Positions 21,187 through 32,237 are shown, counted from the stretch's first letter. The stretch is DNA of 64,000 nt from Clostridiales bacterium (GCA_017513085.1 JAFWDK010000003.1:32001-96000), one strand, 5' to 3'. Translations and numbers: made by a program. The notes: a model not told the origin generated them from the letters alone.

Positions 21187-21888
21187 TCATCTGAAATATT
21201 TACAGTATACAAAGACCCCGAGCACTGCAGTAAATACCAGCATCAGAAGAATGTCCGCGGCATGAAGTTTCAGTTCTACAACACTGGTTCTTTTCACATT
21301 GCCGTCAAGGCCGCGCGTGATCGCTGCAGCCGAGAGCTCATCTCCGATATTGACACAAGAGAATAGCAGCGGGATCATGCGATATTCTACCATCTTCAGT
21401 ACATTTCCACTTCCGAAAGTGATTCCTCTCATCTTCATGGCGTCTCTGATCGATCCGTATTCTTCTTTGATCGTCGGAAAGAAACGCATCACGACAGCAA
21501 GAGAAATAGCAATTCCGTTAGGAATATGGAGTTTTTGCATCGCAGACATAAACTCATCGATCTTCGTAGTCCTCACACAGTACCAGGCGGTGATCATGGA
21601 CGGCATGAACTGCACGACGATTCCGCAGTAGCCGATCAGGATAGCGGTGATTATTCCTGAAGACTCCTCAGAAAGAAAGAAAAAAGTCAATACAAGCGCC
21701 ACGCCATAGAAGATCAGGAACCGTATTGCACTCGCATATTTCTTTTCTATAAAAAGAAGCGTGATCGGCACCAACGTCATAAAAATGCGAACGCCCCATA
21801 GAAATGGCGTCGTGGCCGTCATGAGGACGACCATCGACACCACCAGGATCATATATAGCTTTGTTCGGGGGTCCAGTGCAACATGCAT
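21187..21888 (-). CDS. ECF transporter T component
   Basis: LDPRTK start, MRFFPT, AMKMRG and AAITRG motifs. Start overlaps the upstream stop (TGATG). Confidence 0.9.
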   Translation of the reverse strand: MHVALDPRTKLYMILVVSMVVLMTATTPFLWGVRIFMTLVPITLLFIEKKYASAIRFLIFYGVALVLTFFFLSEESSGIITAILIGYCGIVVQFMPSMITAWYCVRTTKIDEFMSAMQKLHIPNGIAISLAVVMRFFPTIKEEYGSIRDAMKMRGITFGSGNVLKMVEYRMIPLLFSCVNIGDELSAAAITRGLDGNVKRTSVVELKLHAADILLMLVFTAVLGVFVYCKYFR

Positions 21889-22478
21889 CAGACAATACCC
21901 GCCTTTTCGAAATGCTTCTTTACTACTTTCTTGCCGATCACTGCGCCGATACAACCGAATACGAAGCAAAGGATCAGAAGAACCGCAATCGTCTTTTCAT
22001 TGATAGCCCGGAAAAGATCGTCACAATATTCCGCAGAGTAACCTCCGTCAAGAAGATCCTTTCTGTATGAGTCGGCAGTCACAATGACCGGGAAATAATT
22101 CGCACAGATCCACAGACAGAACACACCATAGCTTATGATCGTTTTCTTAAAACTCTTATATTTTCCGGACTTGGCAATCAAATCTGCGACTACACCGGCA
22201 CAAACAATGAGCGGAGCACCGAGATATCCCATGCCCAGGACAAACATGAGGATCGCAATAAGCACTGACATGATCGTGATCATGCCGAACTTTTCGACTT
22301 TCGTGTAAAAGAGCATCATCGGGATCGCGCCTACCAGCGGGATCATGATGACATACGATGCCACAATATACGGGTGAATGTATCCGAGCATACCGCACAA
22401 GAACTCCACCACGATCAGGATCGCCGTAAAAATACCAACTGTTATAAAGTCTTTTGCTTTCAACTTATTACTGTTCAT
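21888..22478 (-). CDS. MptD-family putative ECF S component
   Basis: KLKAKDFITVGIFTA start and KKHFEKAGIV end are characteristic; about 6 TM helices; upstream of T and A-A' genes. Confidence 0.88.
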   Translation of the reverse strand: MNSNKLKAKDFITVGIFTAILIVVEFLCGMLGYIHPYIVASYVIMIPLVGAIPMMLFYTKVEKFGMITIMSVLIAILMFVLGMGYLGAPLIVCAGVVADLIAKSGKYKSFKKTIISYGVFCLWICANYFPVIVTADSYRKDLLDGGYSAEYCDDLFRAINEKTIAVLLILCFVFGCIGAVIGKKVVKKHFEKAGIV

Positions 22479-22499
22479 ATAAACCCTCTACCTTCATTA

Positions 22500-22546
22500 G
22501 TTATCATTAGCTAACTTGCGATCGCTAACAGTTAGCTTTTGCTAAC
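22500..22546. promoter_or_regulatory. Two GTTAGC-N4-GCTAAC operators upstream of the ECF operon
   Basis: GTTATC-ATTA-GCTAAC (22500) and GTTAGC-TTTT-GCTAAC (22531), with an extra GCTAAC half-site between them. Confidence 0.85.
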
Positions 22547-22634
22547 CAATAATAAAATATAAGTAGAGAAAAATCCAGTAGTAATTGAACACTTTTTTAG
22601 ATTTGTTCAGTAAAATCGTCATATTTCACGAAAA

Positions 22635-24371
22635 TCATGTTCCGGATTGCAGTGTTACCATACGTGCATACATACCGTTTTCCGAAAGTAATTCATCATG
22701 ACTTCCCCGCTCTATGATATTTCCATCAGATACGACCAGTATCTGATCCGCATCTTTAATCGTCTTCAGGCGATGCGCAATGACCAGAAGCGTCTTATTC
22801 CGGCACAGTTCCGATATTGCTTCCTGAATCGCCCTTTCATTGTCAGCATCTACACTGGCCGTTGCCTCATCCAGAATAACGATCGGTGCATCTTTTAATA
22901 TACATCTGGCGATAGAGATACGCTGCTTCTCACCACCGGAAAGAGACGCTCCGCCCTCTCCGATCACAGTATCAAAGCCATCCGGAAGTGCCATGATGAA
23001 ATCGTAGCAGCGTGCTTTTCGGGCAGCTTCGTAAACTTCCTCTTTCGAAGCATCCGGGCGGGCCATCGCAATATTGTTATAGATCGTATCCTGGAAGAGA
23101 TACACACGCTGGAATACCATACTGATGTGATCCATCAGATCTCCCATCGGCACCTTCCTGATATCTTTCCCGTTCACCATGATCCTTCCTTCTCCGATAT
23201 CCCAGAACCGTGCAAGAAGCGAAGCGATCGTTGATTTGCCTCCTCCGGACGGGCCGACCAGAGCGCACATTTCGCCGTTTTTTACCTTGAAGGAGACATG
23301 CTTAAGTACATCTTTCTCAGTATATCCGAAAGTGACATCATCATATTCGATTGCCGCCACACTTCCATTTTCCGCGGATGCCTCCGAGAGCGTCTCTTTT
23401 CCGGTATCCGGCATTTCTTTTTCCGCAAAAAGCGCTTCGATGCGGTCCAGACTGGCAGAAGTAACTGTGAGACGTGCCATCTGGGAATAATAACTTTTGA
23501 CCGCACTGAAAAGGTCAAAGAGAAATAGTGCCATGCCGACCATATACACATTCGAGATCATTCCATTATGAAAAAGATAAGCACATGCAATAAGCACAAG
23601 CGAAGTACCGATTCCATATGTAAGATGCAGAGCTCTTGACCAGGGAGTGTAATCCACTTCAAATGCGATGCTCTCCTGACAGTTTTTCTCAAACTCATCC
23701 GTTAGTTTCTTTGAGTTTTCTCCCAGAAGATTATAGGTCTTAATGATTCCCATTCCTTCTGCAAAATCCAGCACTTCGTTGGTCAATGATTCGCTATACT
23801 CCTGCTTCTTGCGGGAATGCTCCATAGTATGACGGAGCATAAGATTTCCGACTACAAAGAAAACCAGCACGACAAGCAGAGACAAAAGCCCCAGCCGTAT
23901 GTCCATATAGAACATCATGAGGATCATCAGCGCCTGGGAAATAATGAAGGAGACCAATTCCGAAAGGACACCCATGCAGTTTTCTTCTATAAAGACCATA
24001 TCGGTGGATAAGATCGAACTGATCTTACCTATATTTCCTTCGGTGAAATACCCCATCGGTAGTTTTCTCAGATGGTCACCCAAACGGATACGCATATCCG
24101 CAAATACTTTATACCCGGCCGATGACTGAAGGATATTCGTCAGATGTTCGAATCCTGCCTGAAGGAGCACACTTGCAGCAAGAACGATACCGAAGATCAG
24201 GCAGGTCTTCTTATCCATGGTTCCTTCCATAAAATACTTGATCATCAGGAAACTCAGCATCAGCGGCATTTTCATCAGGCACCCTTTGAAAAAGGATGTT
24301 ATATAGGATGCCCGGATCGATTTTTTATACTTTCCCGTCATACGGATCAGTCGATGCATGATCTTGATCAT
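22635..24371 (-). CDS. YbtQ/IrtB-like ABC half-transporter (TMD+NBD)
   Basis: HLRKLPMGYF, GPSGGGKS, LSGGEKQR and DEATA motifs. Start overlaps the partner's stop (ATGA). Confidence 0.88.
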   Translation of the reverse strand: MIKIMHRLIRMTGKYKKSIRASYITSFFKGCLMKMPLMLSFLMIKYFMEGTMDKKTCLIFGIVLAASVLLQAGFEHLTNILQSSAGYKVFADMRIRLGDHLRKLPMGYFTEGNIGKISSILSTDMVFIEENCMGVLSELVSFIISQALMILMMFYMDIRLGLLSLLVVLVFFVVGNLMLRHTMEHSRKKQEYSESLTNEVLDFAEGMGIIKTYNLLGENSKKLTDEFEKNCQESIAFEVDYTPWSRALHLTYGIGTSLVLIACAYLFHNGMISNVYMVGMALFLFDLFSAVKSYYSQMARLTVTSASLDRIEALFAEKEMPDTGKETLSEASAENGSVAAIEYDDVTFGYTEKDVLKHVSFKVKNGEMCALVGPSGGGKSTIASLLARFWDIGEGRIMVNGKDIRKVPMGDLMDHISMVFQRVYLFQDTIYNNIAMARPDASKEEVYEAARKARCYDFIMALPDGFDTVIGEGGASLSGGEKQRISIARCILKDAPIVILDEATASVDADNERAIQEAISELCRNKTLLVIAHRLKTIKDADQILVVSDGNIIERGSHDELLSENGMYARMVTLQSGT

Positions 24372-26110
24372 ACGTTCTTTTCCTCCTTGATTCTCCATGT
24401 GCTGGCGCTCACCGAGGCGTCCCACAGATTTTTATACTCAGGACATGAGAGCAGAAGCGCTTCGTGGCGATCCGACGCAATACATTCACCATCTTTCATT
24501 ACACATATCGTATCGGCGTTCCTGATCGTAGATAAACGATGAGCAATGACCAGAACCGTTTTGTTCTTCATGATCTCATCGATCGCCCGATTCATCTTTT
24601 CTTCGTTTTCCGGATCCATAAATGCCGTAGCCTCATCCAGCACGATGATCGGAGCATTTTTCAAGATCGCTCGCGCAAGTGAGATCCTCTGCCGTTCTCC
24701 TCCGGACAACTGTTTTCCTCCATCACCGGCAAGAGTCTCAATACCATTTGGAAGTCTTTCCAGAAATTCATCACACTGCGCCCGTGATGCGGCTTCAAGC
24801 ACTTCTTCCTTGGTAGCTTCCGGATTTCCGATATGGATATTCTCATATAGAGAAGTATTGAAAAGAAACTGCTCCTGAGAAACAAATGCAACCTGATCAT
24901 TCAGTGCACGGAGCGACATATCCGTAATATCCTGTCCGCCGATCGAGATATGTCCCGAAGAAAGATCGTAGTAGTGGACCAGAAGTTTTGCCAGTGTGGA
25001 TTTACCGGACCCGGATTCACCAACCAGCGCGGTGGTCGTTCCCTGTTTTAATGAAAGAGAAACACCATGTAGCACTTCTTTCTCGTCATATCCGAAGTGT
25101 ATGTCTTCAAAGATTACATCGGAATTATTCCCGGTAAAATCCGATGTTCCTTCCTTCAGCGGCGGAAATTCCATCATCTTTTCCAGAGCATCGATCTTAA
25201 AGTTCAGCTGAGGAAACTTTCCCGCGAAGTTCAGTGCTTTTAGCACGGAAGGACCCACCGCAAACGACATGCAGATGACCAGGACCAGTTTATCCAGAGC
25301 GATCACCTCGTTGATGACCAGGAGAGATCCGACAGGCAGTATCAGAAGTGCCAGACACGGCAATACACTTGCATAGATCGCCATCCACGGCCAGCAGACT
25401 TTGTACCAGGCAAGCGTAAAGTCTCTGTAGCTTCTAACGACTTCTCCGAACCGTTTATAGGAGTCGCCGTCCTTATTAAACACTTTCACGACTTCCATTC
25501 CATTGACGTATTCGATGATCGTGTTGTTCATCTTCGTCGCGGATGCATAATAGTCGTTCATTTTCGACATGCCGGCTTTCATCATCATGCTCATGGCAAT
25601 CATTCCGACTATAAGTGGTACCAGAGACAGCAATCCTAATCTCCAATCCGCGACAAACATCAAAACCAGTATCAGAACCGGTATTGCCACATTCGCAATG
25701 CCTTCCGGGATTGCATGAGCCAGCAGAAGTTCGATCTGATCGATATCATCTGTAAACACTTTCTTGATCCGTCCGGTCCCCATATCCTGGATATGGCCGA
25801 GAGGCTGTTTTTCCAGTTTTCCTTGAAGAGATACACGAAGATTTTTCAGCGTGTGATAGGCACTGTAATGCGAAAATGACAGGCCCTGCGTGTATAACAC
25901 CGCGAAGAGGATCTTACAGACAGCAACTGCCGCCACCCGGTATAAAATATAGGAAGTACTGACGGATTCCCCACGGATCAGCGGGGAAATGATCTGAAAC
26001 ACAAAAAAATACGGAAGTACATTCGCAATGATACCCAGACTCATACAGATCACGGCCCAGATCGTGTACTTCTTGTATTTCCCGATATAGGGAGCAACTT
26101 TCTTAAACAT
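24368..26110 (-). CDS. YbtP/IrtA-like ABC half-transporter (TMD+NBD)
   Basis: AHAIPE, IEYVNGMEVVKVF, GESGSGKS and LSGGERQR motifs. Confidence 0.88.
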   Translation of the reverse strand: MFKKVAPYIGKYKKYTIWAVICMSLGIIANVLPYFFVFQIISPLIRGESVSTSYILYRVAAVAVCKILFAVLYTQGLSFSHYSAYHTLKNLRVSLQGKLEKQPLGHIQDMGTGRIKKVFTDDIDQIELLLAHAIPEGIANVAIPVLILVLMFVADWRLGLLSLVPLIVGMIAMSMMMKAGMSKMNDYYASATKMNNTIIEYVNGMEVVKVFNKDGDSYKRFGEVVRSYRDFTLAWYKVCWPWMAIYASVLPCLALLILPVGSLLVINEVIALDKLVLVICMSFAVGPSVLKALNFAGKFPQLNFKIDALEKMMEFPPLKEGTSDFTGNNSDVIFEDIHFGYDEKEVLHGVSLSLKQGTTTALVGESGSGKSTLAKLLVHYYDLSSGHISIGGQDITDMSLRALNDQVAFVSQEQFLFNTSLYENIHIGNPEATKEEVLEAASRAQCDEFLERLPNGIETLAGDGGKQLSGGERQRISLARAILKNAPIIVLDEATAFMDPENEEKMNRAIDEIMKNKTVLVIAHRLSTIRNADTICVMKDGECIASDRHEALLLSCPEYKNLWDASVSASTWRIKEEKNV

Positions 26111-26131
26111 AAGCTCGTCCTTTCCAAAAAG

Positions 26132-26171
26132 ATAATCCACATAGTTAGCATTTGCTAACTATGTGGATTAT
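26132..26171. promoter_or_regulatory. Operator (26144-26159) inside a 40-bp palindrome
   Basis: ATAATCCACATAGTTAGCA-TT-TGCTAACTATGTGGATTAT; minus-strand TATAAT at 26172-26167. Confidence 0.85.
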
Positions 26172-26198
26172 ACTCGTTTCACTATCCGATTCCACCAT

Positions 26199-27191
26199 TT
26201 ACAAATCGTTTTCTAACACTTTTCGCTCACGGTATTCTTTGGGACTCATTCCGAACCGTTCCCGGAAAGACTTGGAGAAATAACTCATATTGTTATACCC
26301 TGCACGTGTTGCGGCTTCAGAAACATTCATCCGGGTCTCGCAAAGAAGAGATGCCGCATACTCCAGCCGCATCTCCTGCACGTATGCATGCAGGGATGTA
26401 TCATACATCATCCGGAACAAACGGTTGAGCTTACTAAGACTCATGGCCAGGGACTTTGCGATATTCGGCGCGCTGTAGTCATCGTACGGGACCAGCTGGA
26501 TCTTCTCTCGGAGATGCTCGACCGAAAGACGGTCCTGAGGATCGATATATACTTCCTTTTTCACGTTTCCACTCTCTCCATTAACAATACCGAAAAGCAC
26601 CTGTGCCGTCAGTTCGATCATTTTTGTCTCCAGATAGACATCTTTAAACTCCGCATAGCGGTCGGCACTGTCGATCTCAGATAGGATCCTGAACATCTCC
26701 GGCGTAATACGTGTTTTCATTACCCGAGCAAAAACCAGCTTCTCGATCCGATCGCTCTCTCCCTTCGGAAAAAGCATATGAAGAAGTTCGGAAAAGCGCG
26801 ATGTTTTCATCTGCAGGCTACGGAACTGATAATGCCGTCCGCTGGGGTAAAACATAGAGGTGCCGATGTTATCATTCCTGTAGATACACACCTCCCCCCG
26901 TTTCATGATCACCTTCTGAAAACGTGGCGAGGCGGGATCCTCTCCCACCTGCCACTCGATATCCTGATTAAGATTGAATATGATCTGCACTTCATCCATC
27001 CCTGCATTATCACATTTCTTTGCGTCCGTATCCTTGGTAAAGGACAGATCCCAGCGGTAGTACAGGACATCATTCCTGGACTTTTCCTTCCGGATCTTCG
27101 CCGTGCCGATCTCCTCAGGAAACCCGGCCGCGCCATCCATATACTGATACAGTTCTTCCGTGCTGATCATGTTTTTTCTTTCTTTACTCAT
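26199..27191 (-). CDS. AraC family regulator (YbtA/PchR-like)
   Basis: C-terminal MNVSEAATRAGYNNMSYFSKSFRERFGMSPKEY; sits between two ABC pairs. Confidence 0.9.
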   Translation of the reverse strand: MSKERKNMISTEELYQYMDGAAGFPEEIGTAKIRKEKSRNDVLYYRWDLSFTKDTDAKKCDNAGMDEVQIIFNLNQDIEWQVGEDPASPRFQKVIMKRGEVCIYRNDNIGTSMFYPSGRHYQFRSLQMKTSRFSELLHMLFPKGESDRIEKLVFARVMKTRITPEMFRILSEIDSADRYAEFKDVYLETKMIELTAQVLFGIVNGESGNVKKEVYIDPQDRLSVEHLREKIQLVPYDDYSAPNIAKSLAMSLSKLNRLFRMMYDTSLHAYVQEMRLEYAASLLCETRMNVSEAATRAGYNNMSYFSKSFRERFGMSPKEYRERKVLENDL

Positions 27192-28927
27192 TACTCCATC
27201 TTCCAGTTCTGTGAAAGCATCTGCTGCTCTGTCATATGACGGTAGAGACTGTCTTTTCCCATCAATTCCGAAGGGGTTCCTTCTTCTGCGACGACACCGT
27301 CCTTCAGCACAACGATATGATCCGCATTAGCGATCGTACGCATACGGTGGGCGATAATCATTACGGTCTTATTCCTGATCAGGCGGGAAAGCGCTTCCTG
27401 GATCACTGTCTCATTTTCAGCATCGAGAGAGGCTGTCGCTTCATCGAGAAGAATGATCGGTGCATCCTTCAGAAAAGCTCTTGCGATAGAGATACGCTGA
27501 CGTTCTCCTCCGGAAAGTTCACTTCCGTTTTCTCCGATCCTTGTGTTGTATCCTTCCGGAAGGAGCGATACGAACTCTTCACAGTTGGCTAATCTCGCCG
27601 CTTCCTTTACTTCATCATCAGTTGCTCCTGCCTTACCGATGCGGATATTCTCCAATACACTGTTATTGAACAGCGTGACATCCTGGAACACAATGGAATA
27701 CTTCTGCAAAAGAGTCTCCGGATCAATACCGGAAATATCCGTGCCTCCCAATGTGATCTTACCTTCCGTCGGATCCCAGAAACGGGCTGCCAGTCGGGAG
27801 ATCGTCGTTTTTCCTCCACCTGAAGGACCGATCAATGCAGTCACCTCGCCCTGCTTGGCTGTAAAGCTTACATCCTTCAGGACCGTAGTATCATCCGAAT
27901 ACTGAAAACCTACATGATCGAAAGTAATATCATATCCGGTGTTCGACAGGTGATCCGTTCCAGTCTGGATCTTATGTGAAAGCACTTCATCCAGACGTTC
28001 ACTCTGGATTCCGATGGAAATGATCGCAGCAAAATTCTGTAGTGTGATCTGCATCGGATCGTAAAGCCGCGAAACCAGCATAAGGAACATAAAGAAGGTA
28101 AGTATCGATATACTTCCATCAGCAAACAGAGCTCCTCCAACCAAAGCCGTCGTTCCGATACCGAGTTTCAGGATAATGGCTGCGGAATTGACATATACGG
28201 CCATTTTCAGTTCAGTGAAAAGAGCCATTTTTTCCACTTTCCGGATCTTGTTCTCCAGGCCGTCCATATATTTTCCCTCCGCATTATTCGCGCGCAGGTC
28301 ACGGATCGATTCCAGGCACTCCTGGATCCCATCTGCCATATCCATTTTGATCGCTGTATTTTTCCGAATAGCTCTTTTTTCTGCACCGGAGCAACTGAGC
28401 ACGATCAGAAACGCTATCGGGATCACCCAGAAACTGGCAAGTGCCATACGCCAATCGAAGAAGAAGAAGAGACTGATTCCGACCAGACTTGTAGAAATGA
28501 GTGCGCCGATCAGTTCAGGGATCCAGTGACTGGAAGCTGTTTCGATCGATGCACAGTCTCCCATGATATTGGTGGTAAGATCCGCAATATTCTTCTTCCC
28601 GAAATACGATAGCGGCAATTTACGGAGCTTCTCGGCAAGAGCCGTTCTTCGTACTCCGCTTTCCCGATATGTAGATAAGAATGTGGCATTATACTGAAGA
28701 TAATTCGTAAAAGCAATCAGCGCGAGAATAACAGCGCTGGCTATTAAATAGATCCCCAGACGGTCACGGGAAAGATTATCTTCCAGAAGATCCTTAATAA
28801 GCATATAAAGCACACCCGAAGGCATCATCAGGCAGATATTGGTCAGCGCACAGAAAAAACATGCTTTCACCATATCTTTAGCGCCTTGTTCTGAAAGCGC
28901 ATATTTATGCATAAGTTTCTTTATCAT
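27191..28927 (-). CDS. YbtQ/IrtB-like ABC half-transporter
   Basis: LAEKLRKLPLSYF, GPSGGGKT and LSGGERQR motifs. Confidence 0.88.
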   Translation of the reverse strand: MIKKLMHKYALSEQGAKDMVKACFFCALTNICLMMPSGVLYMLIKDLLEDNLSRDRLGIYLIASAVILALIAFTNYLQYNATFLSTYRESGVRRTALAEKLRKLPLSYFGKKNIADLTTNIMGDCASIETASSHWIPELIGALISTSLVGISLFFFFDWRMALASFWVIPIAFLIVLSCSGAEKRAIRKNTAIKMDMADGIQECLESIRDLRANNAEGKYMDGLENKIRKVEKMALFTELKMAVYVNSAAIILKLGIGTTALVGGALFADGSISILTFFMFLMLVSRLYDPMQITLQNFAAIISIGIQSERLDEVLSHKIQTGTDHLSNTGYDITFDHVGFQYSDDTTVLKDVSFTAKQGEVTALIGPSGGGKTTISRLAARFWDPTEGKITLGGTDISGIDPETLLQKYSIVFQDVTLFNNSVLENIRIGKAGATDDEVKEAARLANCEEFVSLLPEGYNTRIGENGSELSGGERQRISIARAFLKDAPIILLDEATASLDAENETVIQEALSRLIRNKTVMIIAHRMRTIANADHIVVLKDGVVAEEGTPSELMGKDSLYRHMTEQQMLSQNWKME

Positions 28928-28929
28928 TA

Positions 28930-30693
28930 TTACGCACCTACCTTCCACTCGATCGACCGGCTGTATTCATCAACCATCCGCTTGTAGAGACCGTTCTGAT
29001 CCATAAGATCTTTATGTGATCCGCTTTCTACGAGTTTTCCATCTGACAAGACAAAGATCCTGTCCGCGTCGGCCACGGTACTAAGACGATGTGCGATCAT
29101 GATCACCGTCTTATCCTTTGCCATTTCCGAGAAAGCCGCCTGAACTTTCGTCTCGTTATCCGGATCGGCAAATGCCGTCGCCTCATCCAGGATCAGGATC
29201 GGCGCATCTTTTAAAACAGCACGGGCGATCGTGATCCGCTGCTGTTCTCCTCCGGACAGATAGGTTCCCTTTTCACCCAGGACCGTATGGATCCCGTTCG
29301 GAAGCTTATTGATAATGTCCATGCACTGTGCTTTTTCCAGAGCCGCCAGAACCTCTTCTTCCGTCGCGGAAGGTCTTCCCATCCGAACATTTTCCAGGAT
29401 CGATGTCTTGATCAACCGGCTGTCCTGAAATACGAAGGACACCTGTCCCATCAGTTCCGACGAAGACATATCCTTGATATCCACTCCACCGATAGATATC
29501 TTTCCCTCACTCACATCGAAAAAGCGCACCAGAAGCTCCGCCAAAGTAGTTTTTCCTGATCCTGAAGGTCCGACCAGTGCAACATGTTCGCCGGGACGGA
29601 TCGAAAGAGAAATATCCGATACCGCATCTCTTGTTGCATCTTTATAACGATAGCTGACATGTTCCAGTTCAATACTGCTGTCCTTGGCCGAAAGCGAGCT
29701 TTTCGATTCCGGGAGAGGTTCAATAGCCAGGACCTGATCTACACGTTTCAGCGCATCGATCAACGTCATTTCCGCTTCGCCGGAATAAGCAACCTTGGTT
29801 AGTGCTACCGTGATCAGCGGTGTTACGATAATGTAGTACATGACATTCAGAATATCGGCATTGGCGATACCGTCGCCTGTAATAAGAAAAGCCGATACAA
29901 CGAGTGCCAGAAAAATCGCATTTATACAAGTCATGAATGCGATCATGGGTTTACGGAGCATGAGCGTGTAGTCTGTCGACCATTTTCCGAAATCATCGAT
30001 CGATTTTTTAAATCTTGCAAATGAATGCACGGTCTGACCGAAAGTCTTCACTACCGGGATTCCGCGTACGTACTCTGTCGCTTCACTGCTCATGACCTCA
30101 AGGGCACTCTGATACTCCCCCATTTTTTCCTGCATGTTCTTCCCCATCATAGTCATCATAAAGCAAAACCCGATGATTGCAGGGATCACGCAGATCAGAC
30201 CGATCTTCCAGTTAAATGCAAGTACCAGAACAATAAGACCCACAGGGGTAACTGCCGCGACGGTCTTATCTGCCAGATTATGGGCGATATATGTTTCAGT
30301 TGCCGCGGTCGAATCATTCACGATACGGCGGATCTTGCCGGTTCCGTCTTCATCAAAAACGCCCAAAGGCAGCGTAATGATCCTTCTCATCAATGCGCTC
30401 CTCATATTCGCTTGAACCCGGAACGCAGCAATGTGCGTGCACAACAGCGCCAGAATATAAACCAGAAGCGCTCCGATGATCAATCCTACCGCCAGCCATG
30501 CGTGTCCGGTGATCAGATCCGGGTCCTGTCCCTCTACCGCGATCTTAATGATCTTCCATAACTCATAAAACGGGATAAGTGTCATAACACCACTAACACC
30601 GGCCAGGACCCTTCCTATCAGGATCAGGTTCTTGTGACCGCCTGCATAATTCCGTATGAGCTTCATGTGATCATACTTTTCAACTTTTGCCAA
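28930..30693 (-). CDS. YbtP/IrtA-like ABC half-transporter
   Basis: THIAAF, EYVRGIPVVKTF, GPSGSGKT and LSGGEQQR motifs; TTG start with RBS AGGAG. Confidence 0.88.
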   Translation of the reverse strand: MAKVEKYDHMKLIRNYAGGHKNLILIGRVLAGVSGVMTLIPFYELWKIIKIAVEGQDPDLITGHAWLAVGLIIGALLVYILALLCTHIAAFRVQANMRSALMRRIITLPLGVFDEDGTGKIRRIVNDSTAATETYIAHNLADKTVAAVTPVGLIVLVLAFNWKIGLICVIPAIIGFCFMMTMMGKNMQEKMGEYQSALEVMSSEATEYVRGIPVVKTFGQTVHSFARFKKSIDDFGKWSTDYTLMLRKPMIAFMTCINAIFLALVVSAFLITGDGIANADILNVMYYIIVTPLITVALTKVAYSGEAEMTLIDALKRVDQVLAIEPLPESKSSLSAKDSSIELEHVSYRYKDATRDAVSDISLSIRPGEHVALVGPSGSGKTTLAELLVRFFDVSEGKISIGGVDIKDMSSSELMGQVSFVFQDSRLIKTSILENVRMGRPSATEEEVLAALEKAQCMDIINKLPNGIHTVLGEKGTYLSGGEQQRITIARAVLKDAPILILDEATAFADPDNETKVQAAFSEMAKDKTVIMIAHRLSTVADADRIFVLSDGKLVESGSHKDLMDQNGLYKRMVDEYSRSIEWKVGA

Positions 30694-30715
30694 ATTAAAT
30701 CACTCCTTTTTTCTA

Positions 30716-30731
30716 GTTAGCTATCGCTAAC
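30716..30731. promoter_or_regulatory. GTTAGC-N4-GCTAAC operator
   Basis: GTTAGC-TATC-GCTAAC just upstream of the RBS of the ABC pair. Confidence 0.85.
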
Positions 30732-30755
30732 CGTCAAACGATAACTTATACAATA

Positions 30756-30779
30756 AAAAAGAGCCTTGCGGCTCTCTTC
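30756..30779 (-). terminator. Intrinsic terminator after tetR
   Basis: Minus strand AGAGCC-GCAA-GGCTCT followed by a T run. Confidence 0.7.
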
Positions 30780-31396
30780 TATTTCACACCCATGATCTTC
30801 AGCCATCCCGGCATGAAGAACTCTTCTAATGTATTCAGATAACTTAGGATCTTTTCGTCTTCCTCTTCATGGAGGATCGACTCAAAGCAAGCCGATAAAT
30901 ACGCAGTGAGCAGCATATGTAATTCTGTTTCACTGATTTCTTTTACCGGATAACCTTTCTCTTTAAAATACTCCAAAGCACGCATAAATTCCTTCTGATT
31001 CTCGATGACGAAATCATGTACGAAATTCTCATATTTCGTTCCCTTCGAACCATTGAGCAAAAGGCGGAATTCTTCTTTCTTCGGAAGGATCACAGTCTTG
31101 ATCAGATCCATGATCGTTTCATCAAAAAGCTTCTCTTCACTTTCCTTGCGTGCTGTCATTTCGTATTTGATCCGGATATGCCGTTTGGTCCAGTTTTCAA
31201 TTTCTGAAACCAGGGGGGAAACAATTGCCTCAAACATGGATGCCTTGTCGGGATAATGCCGATAAAGTCCGGCGGAAGTCATGCCCGCACGGGAACCGAT
31301 GCTACGGATCGATGCAGCTTCAAATCCTTTTTCAAGAAACTCTTCCTTGATCGCCCGGTTCACTTTGATGTGACTTGCAGACTTATCTCTTGGCAT
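30779..31396 (-). CDS. TetR/AcrR family regulator
   Basis: EEFLEKGFEAASIRSIGSRAGMTSAGLYRHY HTH. Start moved to ATG 31396 (RBS AAAGGA). Confidence 0.9.
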   Translation of the reverse strand: MPRDKSASHIKVNRAIKEEFLEKGFEAASIRSIGSRAGMTSAGLYRHYPDKASMFEAIVSPLVSEIENWTKRHIRIKYEMTARKESEEKLFDETIMDLIKTVILPKKEEFRLLLNGSKGTKYENFVHDFVIENQKEFMRALEYFKEKGYPVKEISETELHMLLTAYLSACFESILHEEEDEKILSYLNTLEEFFMPGWLKIMGVK

Positions 31397-31490
31397 GAAC
31401 AACAGACTTCCTTTCATTGTGATCATCGTTAGCTATCATTGATAACCTACATAATCATGCACCATAAAAGGAAGTCTGTCAAGTTCATGA

Positions 31491-32237
31491 TCAAGCTTTT
31501 TTACCCTGATTTGCCACAGCTTCCATCTTCGCTTTCAAAGCTTCCTGATCACCGAGATAGTAGTGATTCAGAACACGGAAATCATCATCAAATTCATATA
31601 CCAGTGGAACAGCTGTCGGAATATTGACGCCGATGATCTCTTCGGAAGACAGGTTATCAAAATACTTCACAAGAGCACGGAGCGAGTTACCGTGAGCCGC
31701 GATCACCACTCTCTTTCCCGCCTTCATTTCCGGCTTGATCACCTCTTCAAAATACGGGATCACGCGCTCTATCGTCGTTTCCAGACTTTCATTCTTCGGA
31801 AGAAGCGAAACATCCACATCCCGGAACATAGCCTGCTTTGTCGCAGAACGCTCATCGTCGTCAGAAAGCTCCGGCGGTTTTACGTCGAAAGAACGTCTCC
31901 AGATCTTTACCTGCTCCTCACCGTATTTTTCGGCAGTTTCAGACTTATTCAACCCCTGTAGCGCACCGTAGTGGCGTTCGTTCAGTTTCCATGACTTCAC
32001 GACAGGGAGCCAGGCTCTGTCCATCTCATCCAGCGCAATATTCAGCGTATGGATCGCACGCTTCAGATAGGAAGTGAAACAAATATCAAAGTCATATCCT
32101 TCAGCAAGAAGCATCTGTCCTGCCGCCTTTGCCTCCTCTCTTCCCTTTTCGCTCAGATCCACATCTGTCCACCCGGTGAACAGGTTGAGCTTATTCCATT
32201 CACTTTCTCCATGTCGGATCAATACTAATTTCATCAT
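31491..32237 (-). CDS. gpmA: 2,3-bisphosphoglycerate-dependent phosphoglycerate mutase
   Basis: [26 protein letters not shown] and AHGNSLR motifs. Confidence 0.96.
   Translation of the reverse strand: MMKLVLIRHGESEWNKLNLFTGWTDVDLSEKGREEAKAAGQMLLAEGYDFDICFTSYLKRAIHTLNIALDEMDRAWLPVVKSWKLNERHYGALQGLNKSETAEKYGEEQVKIWRRSFDVKPPELSDDDERSATKQAMFRDVDVSLLPKNESLETTIERVIPYFEEVIKPEMKAGKRVVIAAHGNSLRALVKYFDNLSSEEIIGVNIPTAVPLVYEFDDDFRVLNHYYLGDQEALKAKMEAVANQGKKA

Noticed and set aside
31428-31446. GTTAGCTATCATTGATAAC upstream of tetR as an island operator
   Set aside because: Only one half-site is at the right spacing; it may be the TetR's own site.
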